Notes: generated from the letters alone by a model not told the origin. A DNA stretch of 64,000 bases from Octopus sinensis (GCF_006345805.1 NC_043002.1:57660001-57724000); one strand, 5' to 3'; numbered from the stretch's first letter, positions 53,533 through 64,000 are shown. Numbers and translations are program-made.

Positions 53533-53677
53533 ATCTATGTATGCGCTAGCGTGGTTGTGTGGTAAGAAACTTGCTTCTCAGCCAAATGCGTGGCACCATG
53601 GGCAAGTGTCTTCTACAATAGCTTCGGGCCACCAAAAGCCTTCCTACCAGTAGACGGAAACTGAAAGATTCCCATCG

Positions 53678-53753
<76 letters not shown>

Positions 53754-53966
53754 TTACTAAGTCTCTCTAAAAGAGATCACGGCAGCGTTCCTGGAAAATA
53801 ATAGTTATCGCCATACTAATATGGCATTCTTATAAAAATAAGAATAAAGCTGTCCGCTTATTAGCTCCATGAGGCCCTCGCCTTAAGTTAGCTATTTGAT
53901 ACACAAACTGTATCCATATAACCTTCGAACAAGGGAGGTCAGTCGCTCCACACTACTTGATCGACA

Positions 53967-54008
53967 GCTACAGACGCATTTCGGGGTATTGCCCCTTTTC
54001 AATGTAGC
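53967..54008 (-). ncRNA. Minimal type I hammerhead ribozyme, U3:A8 core (stem III variant)
   Basis: GCTACA-TTGAAAA-GGGG-CAATA-CCCC-GAAA-TGCG-TC/TGTAGC on the minus strand. Confidence 0.75.
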
Positions 54009-54328
54009 GTAGTCAGACCAGTAGGTGTCGCTTCTGACAAACTCTGTTCGAAGGTTTTATTTACCTAGTTTCAGTGGAATACATCCACTTGTTTTCAATA
54101 ATAGAAATATTAAAATTACTAAGTCTCTCTAAAAGAGATCACGGCAGCGTTCCTGGAAAATAATAGTTATCGCCAAACTAATATGGCATTCTTATAAAAA
54201 TAAGAATAAAGCTGTCCGCTTATTAGCTCCATGAGGCCATCGCCTTAAGTTAGCTATTTGATACACAAACTGTATCCATATAACCTTCGAACAAGGGAGG
54301 TCAGTCGCTCCACACTACTTGATCGACA

Positions 54329-54370
54329 GCTACAGACGCGTTTCGGGGTATTGCCCCTTTTCAATGTAGC
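54329..54370 (-). ncRNA. Minimal type I hammerhead ribozyme, U3:A8 core
   Basis: GCTACA-TTGAAAA-GGGG-CAATA-CCCC-GAAA-CGCG-TC/TGTAGC on the minus strand. Confidence 0.82.
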
Positions 54371-54795
54371 GTAGTCAGACCGGTAGGTGTCGCTTCTGAA
54401 AAACTCTGTTCGAAGGTTTTATTTACCTAGTTTCAGTGGAATACATCCACTGGTTTTCAATAATAGAAATATTAAAATTACTAAGTCTCTCTAAAAGAGA
54501 TCACGGCAGCGTTCCTGGAAAATAATAGTTATCGCCATACTAATATGGCATTCTTATAAAAATAAGAATAAAGCTGTCCGCTTATTAGCTCCATGAGGCC
54601 ATCGCCTTAAGTTAGGTATTTGATACACAAACTGTATCCATATAACCTTCGAACAAGGGAGGTCAGTCGCTCCACACTACTTGATCGACAGCTACATTAT
54701 TATTATTGAAAACAAGTGGATGTATTCCACTGAAACTAGGTAAATAAAACCTTCGAACAGAGTTTGTCAGAAGCGACACCTACTGGTCTGACTAC

Positions 54796-54837
54796 GCTAC
54801 ATTGAAAAGGGGCAATACCCCGAAACGCGTCTGTAGC
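54796..54837 (+). ncRNA. Minimal type I hammerhead ribozyme, U3:A8 core
   Basis: Same motif on the plus strand; predicted GUC cleavage between 54831 and 54832. Confidence 0.82.
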
Positions 54838-55010
54838 TGTCGATCAAGTAGTGTGGAGCGACTGACCTCCCTTGTTCGAAGGTTATATGGATACAGTTTG
54901 TGTATCAAATAGCTAACTTAAGGCGATGGCCTCATGGAGCTAATAAGCGGACAGCTTTATTCTTATTTTTATAAGAATGCCATATTAGTATGGCGATAAC
55001 TATTATATAT

Positions 55011-55110
<100 letters not shown>

Positions 55111-55239
55111 TGTCTGTCTGTCTGTGTCTGTCTGTGTGTATACATTAATTGGAAATGGATGCATGACATTCGATCATATAATAATGTAAATGATATATAA
55201 TTATATGCATATATACAGACATATATGTACATACCTAAA

Positions 55240-55660
55240 CGCTAGCACGCCGGGCGAAATACTGAGCGGTATTTCGTCTGGCTTTACGTTCTGAATTCAA
55301 ATCCCACCGAGGTCGACTTTGCCTTTCATCGCCCTGGGGTCGATAAATTAAGTACGAGTTGTGTACTTGATTCGATCTAATCTACTGGTCCGCTCCCCAC
55401 AAAATTTCGGGCCTTGTGCCTAGTGTAGAAAAATATACAGTTGACCAACAATGGTAAATTATTCAAAATTACCAATATTCATGTGGTAGGTACAGTTCCA
55501 AGCAATACAATTTGTTACCATAAAATACGAATTTTTTATGGTATCATTTCTGCCAGCTCGCCTCCTTTGTTGGACATATATATTCTTTTCTACTCTGGGC
55601 ACAAGGCCCGAAAATTTGGGGTGAGGGGCCCAGTCAATTAGATCGACCCCAGTACGCAAC
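55240..55660. mobile_element. Two family-2 SINE pieces in inverted orientation
   Basis: Plus copy at 55240-55440 and minus piece at 55585-55660 share AAAATTTCGGGCCTTGTGCCTAG.GTAGAAAA. Confidence 0.7.
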
Positions 55661-56789
55661 AATTCTTTATTTTCTGACTACAAATCCAACAGAGGTGTGA
55701 ACTTTACCTTTCATCCTTTAGGGGTCGGTAAAATAATGTCTTAAAGTAAACGTTAGAAAGTGGACCTGTCACTTCAAAATTGTTAGAGGTGGCTTTGTGT
55801 TTATATTAAATGCAATTATTTTTTTCTTTGAGACTCAAATTTCATTTTAATTTGAGATTTAATGAACGACCGTAGTTTGCGAGGGGAAAATGAATAGCTT
55901 TGTTGTTAGATACACAAAACGTCCGGTATATATCTGAAGTTTTTTGTTTGTGTTTGTATTTTCGAGTTACTACTTAAACGTGTGTATATGTGGATAAAGA
56001 TAGCTTCCAGAGATATTTTACCTTTTGTCTTTTACTGGTTTTCGTCATTAGCCTGCGGCCATACTGGGGCATTGCTTCAAATAATTTTAGTCGAATGAAT
56101 CGATCGCAATACTTTTTAAAACAGGATACTTATTCTAGCATCTCTTTTACCGATCCGCTAAGTCAAGCGATGGTGGGGGCACAAACACAAACATACATGC
56201 ATACATAAGACGTCTACCAAATCCACTCACAAAGCTTTCATCGACTCGACGCTATAGTAAGAGACACTTTCCCAAGTTGCCACGCAGTAGGACTGAGCCT
56301 GGTAATATGTGGATGGCAAGAGTCGTCTTTCCACATAGCTACTCCTGCAGCTATGAATACAAAATTATATGTAGAGATGTGGTTATCAAATTATATGTAA
56401 TAAATCTATCAAAATTTGTTTAATATGAATTTTTGAAGCTTTCAAGGTTGTTACAGATAAAAAGTAGGAAAATATGAAATATACAAAACAAAACGGAATA
56501 AACGAAAATAAAAGCCTTATGATAAAACTGTACAACCATACAACTCTACAGCCATATACATAGGATCAACAAACATCTCAAATACAGCAGCTCAATAAAT
56601 ACGAAGCAAAATCACAAAAAGATGAAACAAAATATACATTCTCGTTACAGAAAACAAGTCTACATATCAATATTCATAGAAATATGTATATACATACATA
56701 TATATATTTATAAAACCAATGTTGTCTTCGAAACATATGTCGAAAGTAAAATAATTTTAATAACATCTGCGTTCAACTCCATTTATTTA

Positions 56790-56836
<47 letters not shown>

Positions 56837-56837
56837 A

Positions 56838-57320
56838 TATTAGGGAGTAAATCCAAACTTACAGGGAAAAATTAGATTTAGGATTAAATCTAATTTTATA
56901 GTATAAATATATATTATATTAAATTAAAGATAAAACCACTACTAGGTAAATCTAACAGTGAAAATCATAAGTCAATACATAGAAATAAAATTAATTAAAA
57001 ATATATAAAAAATAAAAAAAAATATAAAAAAATAAATAAAAATTATAAGTATAAATAAAAAAAAAAAAAAAATAAATAATTAAATAAAATAATAAAAAAA
57101 AAATTATATATGTTTGTAATTTATAGTTTTAAATTATTAATTTAAATAATTTTTTGAAATTTAACTTTAATTTTAAATATTTAATTGGATTTTATATTTT
57201 ATATTTTAATATTTTTATATATTTTTTAATTAATTTTATTCTATGTATGGGCTTATGATTTTCATGCTTGATTTGTCTAGTAGTGGTTTTATCTCTATTT
57301 AATATAATATATAAACATAT
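56838..57320. mobile_element. Family F with fold-back structure, in (TA)n
   Basis: 56910-57030 is imperfectly inverted at 57195-57315; the start matches 1251. Confidence 0.65.
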
Positions 57321-57379
57321 ATATATATATTATATAATAATATATATATTATATATATTATATATTATATATATATATA

Positions 57380-57528
57380 AGGTTTTTTATTCTCCTCTCT
57401 TCTTTATTTCTTCGTGTCCTTGGTGTAGGCTCGAAACATAAAGACTTCCTCACCTTCCCGAGCGTCAAATTAATACAACTGCTTGTTGTTCGCACACCTG
57501 ACTTCGTCTTTGGTTTTCTGTAAATTTA

Positions 57529-57530
<2 letters not shown>
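57380..57530 (+). mobile_element. Family E fragment (PLE-type tail, hammerhead half retained)
   Basis: GTAGGCTCGAAACATAAAGACTT...TTCCCGAGCGTCAAATTAATACA; homologous to 62950-63125 (minus). Confidence 0.6.
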
Positions 57531-57564
<34 letters not shown>

Positions 57565-57577
57565 AATATATATATAT

Positions 57578-57632
<55 letters not shown>

Positions 57633-57807
57633 CAGGTGCAGCCCTGACTGTGTATTAAGAGGCTTGCTTCCAACCACTTGCTTCTGGGTTCAGTCTCGGT
57701 GCCATGCGGTTGTCGCCTTCAGGAACCGCTTTATACTATATCCACGGTCCGACGAAATCCTGGTGAGTGGATTTGGTAGACAGAAATCAAAAGAGGCCCG
57801 TCGTACA

Positions 57808-57840
<33 letters not shown>

Positions 57841-57855
57841 GCATACAGACATACT

Positions 57856-57891
<36 letters not shown>

Positions 57892-58782
57892 TTGGATACG
57901 ATCGATAAACTGTCGCCATTTTAGATATTTACTTTGGCGCACGAGCAATATATATTTTTATTTTGTCAAATATGCAGTGTAGAAGGGACACTTCAACGCC
58001 GTCTGTGAGAAAAACAGCATCATGACACAATTTTAAGCACGGACAAAAATTTTAAACAAAACTGATTTCATTTGCACCTCTGAAAATCGCATCTACGTCA
58101 TAACATTTTTTAGATGCAGTAGAAACTATATATGTCCACCCGGAATGTTCCTAAGACATAGATCTATACTACACAGACAACAAATCTTCTACCCCCGATG
58201 CCATCAAATACATTCAGTAATCCCATAGGCAGATGTGGTAGGGAATGCCAACCACAATTCACAATATCCCCACTATACCAATGCACGGAAAGGACCCCTA
58301 CTCAACAAGGACTAAATAAACAGGCTACATTTATTGAAAAATACAGGCCAGAACCTTACATGAATATGAAATGAACTTCTCAAATAAAGAACCAACCAGA
58401 AAAAAAAACGGTAAAAAGATTTACCTCCTCTTAGCTAAGAAATATTTTATCCACTGATTATCTCTTTAGCTAAAAAAAAAATTCTCCGATTATCTCGCTT
58501 GAACTATACTCTCCTGTTTATATATATATTTAGTTGTTAAAACTCTTCCTAATGGGAGTTGTTGTGTTTTAATACTCCGCTTAGGCATTGCGAAACCAGT
58601 AATCTCGTGTAGAACGTAATGTACACGTGTTTGCTAACGAAGTTTTAGCCGAGTATGGAGTGGTAATAAGAAAAAGAGACGACGAGGGAAGAAAAGATTA
58701 GCTTATGAACTTCATTAGCACGCAATTTGAGGCACCCTCACATACAGAATGATGCACCCGGTTTATACACACACATACACAC

Positions 58783-58867
<85 letters not shown>

Positions 58868-59500
58868 CGCATGTACAGACTTGCCTGTATCAAAATACAT
58901 ATGTCAAGAAAACGTAAGCCATAAGTCGAATTAGATATGATATTTTGCAGTAGTTAATGCGTCATAAAGTAATATTTTAATCTGGTTAATAGATTATCGC
59001 AGACAAATTTACTCATATTCCTTCTGAAATCTCTTCAGATACCTCACGCTTCTCAATGGATGATATTTATATCTACAAAGGCGACATTTTCGCATAGAAA
59101 TATCCATGTATGTACATCTTGAAATATAATATGTGACAGTATGATCTGAGCTCGAAAATGACTAATTAATAATTAATAATTAATAATTAATATGCTCTTA
59201 TATCTCATTTGTTAGCATGAACGTTTCGTTAGTATTTATTTCATAAAATATTGAAGGAATAACACTCGCATGTAGTTGGATTAGGAAATATTTTCGAATA
59301 TTTTTTTCTGGTAGCAATAATGATACTTCATTATAAACTATATATGGACCTGCACGAATTCTTTTAACTAATATAACTGTGTACCATTCTATATATAACT
59401 AAATGAATTCATATTCTTTGACAGTGATAGAATGTTTTAAAATGACTTCATAGTAAGGATGGAAATCAGTGAGTTTAAATTTAGAACAAAATAATGGTTA

Positions 59501-59830
59501 ACAATTGCAGCGTGAAAGGTGTTTATAAGCCATTTAAGAACCACATAAAAACCATTAGATTCACTTCAACATTTAAATTCAATGTGCCAAAATATTTTCA
59601 TTGCTTTGCGACCGCGACCTGTTCACTGACAAAATTTCGTGCTGCATCTCAATGAACAGGTCGCGGTCTCAAAGCGACGGAAATATTTTGGCAAATTAAA
59701 TTTAAATGTTGAAGTGAATCTAATGGTTTTTGTGTTTTAAATGGCATATAAAAACCTTCCATGCTGCAATTTTTTTCGTCCCAGCACACGATCTCAGATC
59801 AGGTCACTTGCTATGCAAGTACATCTCCGT
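59501..59830. mobile_element. Family G fold-back insertion with a 13-bp target-site duplication
   Basis: AAAATAATGGTTA at 59488-59500 and at 59831-59843; arms 59503-59625 and 59653-59771 are inverted. Confidence 0.8.
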
Positions 59831-59899
59831 AAAATAATGGTTACACAACTAAAAATAAAAACTATATAAATAAAGGGAAGTATGTAAATATATTGGTTG

Positions 59900-60400
59900 T
59901 AGAAGATATCGAAAACCCTAGTTCTGAGCAGACTAGACTATTGCTCACAACTTTGGTCTTCAAACTCATCCGGCTCCATAGAAAAAAAAGAAGGGTTACA
60001 AATAACGCTCATTAGTAAAATAACTTCAGTTAAAAACCTTGAAGACTAGGAACGTTTGAAAGATCTACGTCTTTTCTCTCTTCAACGCCGAAGTGGGAGA
60101 TACATTATCATATACTTTTGGAAAATCCTGAAGCGGCATATTCTAAACTTCAACGTTAGAGAGAATTTAAATGCATGAACTGGTAGATAATGTCATATTC
60201 CAAATATAAATATACCACCTTCGAAATTACGAGCGAAACACTTTATTGTACCAATCTGATATTTAGAGGTCCTCAACAGTTCAACTGCTTACCTGAAGAA
60301 ATCAGAAATAAAAAAAAGGAATCTTTATTGAAACATTAGGAAAACATTGGATAAATTCCTAATGACGCATCTGGACCTGCCAACAATTCCAGGATAAGCT
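59900..60400 (+). pseudogene. Old CR1-group LINE ORF2 C-terminal fragment
   Basis: VLSRLDYCSQLWS, ERLKDLRLFSLQRR..RY, FRGPQQFNCLPEEIRN, LDKFL...LPTIPG; the same motifs occur at 21200-21650. Confidence 0.8.
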
Positions 60401-61313
60401 GTTCCGTTGATCGTATCAGCTGGGACCCCCGTCCTCGTAACTGACGGGGTGCTCCTCCTTTATATATATTCTTTTATTCTTTTACTTGTTTTGGTAATTT
60501 GATTCCAGCCATGCTAGAGCATCGCCTTTAGTCGAGAAAATCGACCCCAGGACTTATTTTTTGACAGCCTAGTACTTATTCTATCAGTCTCTTTTGCCGA
60601 ACCGCTAAGTTACGGGGAGGTAAACACACCAGCCTCGGTTGTCAAGCGATGTTGGTGTGACAAACACAAATATACAAACATACACACACACACACATGCA
60701 CACACACACGCCTCAAACATCGATTTTCATATTAAATGGAAGATCATAAAATGGAAGAGATCCTATGTAAGAGGTAGCAAAAGAAAGATGCAATTTATGC
60801 AGAAACGAGTTGTGAATGATTTATGATTATGAGACACCCGGAGACTAACCTGAAAATAAGGTCTGAACTTCCTGCCATGTCCCTCCACGGAAAATAGATG
60901 CGTGGATTCAGGTCATTCACACCACCATCGAGTGAAAAAGATAAATAATAAACTAACAGAAGTATAATTTGTTTGTTAATCCTGTTACCCGATCATTCTT
61001 TTAGATTAATATTGCTTGAACTTTACCTATAACATGCTTCTGTATATATTTGCATAAACACAACGTGTATGCACACACACGCATAGACAAACACACGCAC
61101 ACACACACACACACAACACAAACGCACACAAACACACACACACACACACTACCTTTCGGTTGTAAATTAGGGAACAAGCCACCGTTATTATTTTTAATTT
61201 TCCCTTTTATGGTTTAGGAAATCAATGTATGCTTTCTACGACAATCTTATAAACTGACAAGGCGAGCTGAGTTTAGCCCAAGGCGCTAGGGGAGAGTCAC
61301 TAACGAGCATTAA

Positions 61314-61537
61314 CCCATTAAGTCCCACTCCGCTATAAATAGGACACTGAATGAGAATATTAAATAAGCTATATCACATTGTCTCAGTGTCCTATTTCTA
61401 GAACACCGAGTATTTCCATTTCTACTTGAAGTAAAGGAGTTTTGATAATTATTTTTTTTCATTTTAACCTATTTACAATCATTTTTAAAAATGTTAAAGT
61501 AATATCCAGAAATTTAAGTATTCTGGGACTTAATGGG
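61314..61537. mobile_element. piggyBac-type MITE (224 bp)
   Basis: Perfect 14-bp TIRs CCCATTAAGTCCCA / TGGGACTTAATGGG, with TTAA on both sides (61310-13 and 61538-41). Confidence 0.85.
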
Positions 61538-62034
61538 TTAATATAAATTCGAAATCACTGCGATCTGGCTATGCCTGGACGCTGAGGGAAGTTGCCTCCC
61601 TTGTCGGTCATTAAGATAAAATGCTTCTTGTGTCTAGGAGTTATTTTAATTCTTATTTCTAACAACACTGGTGCTGGCTAGTGCCCTCAGTCACTCTAGT
61701 GACGTATATATTTCTGCCTCTCAGTTGTAAAATTGCGAAGAATCCACCCTCATTATTCATATATATATTATATATATATATTATATATATAGTATTTTTA
61801 TAAAGCTTAAAGCTTATGGCGATCACCATGCAATGACTAAGAGGAAATAGATTAATAAAGGATCATATAAGCATAAGCCCTACGACAGAAAAAGATTGTA
61901 AATCACGCCACCGTAATAAAAAAAAAAACCATTCGCACCGAAAGAATATATATATATAAATGCAACAACATATGTAAACAAACTTTGTTTGTTCTTGGAA
62001 GCGTCGAATGTGTATCGTATCATATATAATATAT

Positions 62035-62134
62035 NNNNNNNNNNNNNNNNNNNNNNNNNNNNNNNNNNNNNNNNNNNNNNNNNNNNNNNNNNNNNNNNNN
62101 NNNNNNNNNNNNNNNNNNNNNNNNNNNNNNNNNN
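62035..62134. other. Assembly gap (100 N)
   Basis: A run of exactly 100 N, typical of a placeholder gap of unknown size. Confidence 0.98.
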
Positions 62135-62186
62135 ACCAAAGACTTCTGAGTGGATTTGGTAGATGGAAAACTGGAAGAATCCCATC

Positions 62187-62242
<56 letters not shown>

Positions 62243-62244
<2 letters not shown>

Positions 62245-62643
62245 CTTCTTTCAGTCATTTTACTGCGGCCATGCTGGAGCACACCCCCTTTAGTCGAGCA
62301 GATCGACCCCACGACTTATTCTTTGTAAGCCTAGTACTTATTCTATCGTACTGTTTTGCCGAACTGCTAAGTTACGGGGATGTAAATACACTAGCATCCG
62401 TTGTCAAGCAATGTTGGCGGAACATACACAGACACACAAACACAAACACACACACACACGCACACATATATATATATATACAACGGGCTTCTTTCAGTTT
62501 CCGTCAACCAAATCCACTCACAAGGCTTTGGTCAGCCCGTGGCTATAGTAGAAGACACTGGCCCGAGGTGCCACGCAGTGGGACTGAAACCGGAACCATG
62601 TGGTTCGTAAGCAAGCTACTTACCACACAGCCACTCCTACGCC
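62243..62643 (-). mobile_element. SINE family 1, full length
   Basis: Head, internal microsatellite and tail in reverse orientation. Confidence 0.85.
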
Positions 62644-62657
62644 TATATGTATATATG

Positions 62658-62868
62658 TATTTCTGTCTGTGTTTGTCCCCCCGTAACCATCACTGGACAA
62701 ACGATGTTGATGTGTTTACATCCCCGTAACGTAGCGATTCGGCAAATAAGACCGATATAATAGGTACTAGGCTTACAAAGAATAAGTCCTGGGGTAGATT
62801 TGTTTGACTAAAGGCGGTACCCCAGCACGGCTGCGGTAAATGACTGAAACAAGTAAAAGAATAAAAGA
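62658..62868 (+). mobile_element. SINE family 1, 3' half, inverted relative to its neighbour
   Basis: GATGTGTTTACATCCCCGTAAC...GGCGGTACCCCAGCACGGC...GACTGAAACAAGTAAAAGAATAAAAG. Confidence 0.8.
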
Positions 62869-62874
62869 ATATTA

Positions 62875-62938
<64 letters not shown>

Positions 62939-62949
62939 CGTATATATGT

Positions 62950-63125
62950 ATGGAATTTACCAAAAGAAAATACAAAACAAAAGACGAAACAGGTGTGTAA
63001 ACTACAAACAGGTGTATTAGTTTAACTCTCGGGAAGTGAGAAAGTCTTTTAAGTTCCGAGCCTACGCTCTTCAACAGAAAGGAACACAGAAATAAACAGG
63101 GAGAGAAAATAAAAAAGGTTTAGTG
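62950..63125 (-). mobile_element. Family E PLE-type tail with degenerate hammerhead
   Basis: Minus strand CTTT-CTGTTGA-A-GAGC-GTAG-GCTC-GGAA-CT-TA/AAAG at 63046-63081. Confidence 0.6.
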
Positions 63126-63153
63126 GCTAGCGATCAAACATGCGAAGGCCGGA

Positions 63154-63211
63154 GAGAGGTGGTTGGACAGGAGAGGTGGTTGGACAGGAGAGGTGGTTGG
63201 ACAGGAGAGGT
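63154..63211 (+). repeat. 17-bp tandem repeat (GAGAGGTGGTTGGACAG)x3.4
   Basis: Three exact units plus a partial one. Confidence 0.9.
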
Positions 63212-63389
63212 AGAAAGAAGGGGAGATAAAAAAAATAGTAGTGGTGATCCAAAAACGAAGGTGCGCAAGCGTATGTGAGAGCGTGTATGTACATATGGAT
63301 AGGGGCTGGTGACCTTGACGTTTGCGTGTGCGGGGTTGTGTGATGTGGTGTGGGGTGGTATGGTGGTGTGTGGTGTGGTAGTATATATG

Positions 63390-63432
<43 letters not shown>

Positions 63433-63835
63433 ATGGGCTTCCACACAGTTTTCGTCCATCAAATTCACTCAAGGGTTATTGGTTGGTCAGGGTTATAGTA
63501 GAAGAGCTTCTTAACTACACAGCCTTATGTTAATGTGCTTATATATATTTGCATTCTATAAAGATTTTAAAATTTATTTTATCAGAATTCAAGTTGATTT
63601 GCCCTTATTGAAATTCCGAATTGGCTTTTGTCTGTATATTCTTTTTGAGAAAGCAAATGATAGATAAAAACAGAATTCTACAAATATGCATGTCTGTATG
63701 CATACATATATACATCCATGCATACACACAAGCACGCATACTTACATACATATATACATCTCTCTCTATATATATGTATTTATGTATGTAAACATATATA
63801 CATATACAGGGAGAGACAAGTAGATAGATGTACAT

Positions 63836-63881
<46 letters not shown>

Positions 63882-63891
63882 ATTCTATCTA

Positions 63892-63928
<37 letters not shown>

Positions 63929-64000
63929 TATATATATATATATAAAATAGAAAAGATATGATGAAAAAACTACAGAAGGCTTGTTTATAATGTTAAAGAA

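Larger units (their letters stand above)
53747..55005. mobile_element. Family A: 2.6 tandem 362-bp hammerhead units (minus sense) plus one inverted unit, in (TA)n; retrozyme/PLE terminal-repeat type
   Basis: Units start at 53747, 54109 and 54471 (period 362; about 6 substitutions between units 1 and 2). The third stops at 54696; the inverted copy spans 54701-55005. No ORF. Confidence 0.9.

Noticed and set aside
53747-55005. The 362-bp repeats as a CRISPR array or a collapsed/duplicated assembly artefact
   Set aside because: There are no short repeat-spacer units and no cas genes. The units differ by several substitutions and the array ends at a biologically meaningful site. Long reads would still be the formal check.
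61863-62328. ORFs spanning the N run
   Set aside because: Artefacts of translating through the assembly gap and the adjacent microsatellite.

Overview
AT-rich, microsatellite-saturated eukaryotic DNA. The SINE families and repeat landscape look like an Octopus/coleoid cephalopod genome (my inference; I could not search). I found no convincing host protein-coding exon, tRNA/rRNA gene or CRISPR array, and almost all short ORFs in the track are translated (TA)n/(CATA)n/(GATA)n/(CA)n microsatellites. The real content is transposable elements: a near-intact CR1-group LINE (21013-24683, minus; ORF2 broken only by two in-frame stops), an apparently full-length but defective Tx1/L1-clade LINE (35014-40741) inside a (TATC)n array, R4/Dong-type 3' ends in (AAT)n and (CATA)n arrays, RTE fragments, a Penelope-like (PLE) RT-endonuclease fragment, mariner/Tc1/pogo relics, a piggyBac-type MITE and dozens of tRNA-derived SINE pieces. 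The most striking signal is RNA-level. Several unrelated short non-coding elements each contain a type I hammerhead ribozyme. The best case is a 362-bp tandem array plus inverted copy (53747-55005) whose ribozymes carry a compensatory U3:A8 core, and whose third unit ends exactly at the predicted self-cleavage site. These look like PLE-dependent retrozyme-type elements. There is a 100-N assembly gap at 62035-62134. Coordinates of degenerate repeats are approximate (about +/-10-20 bp).
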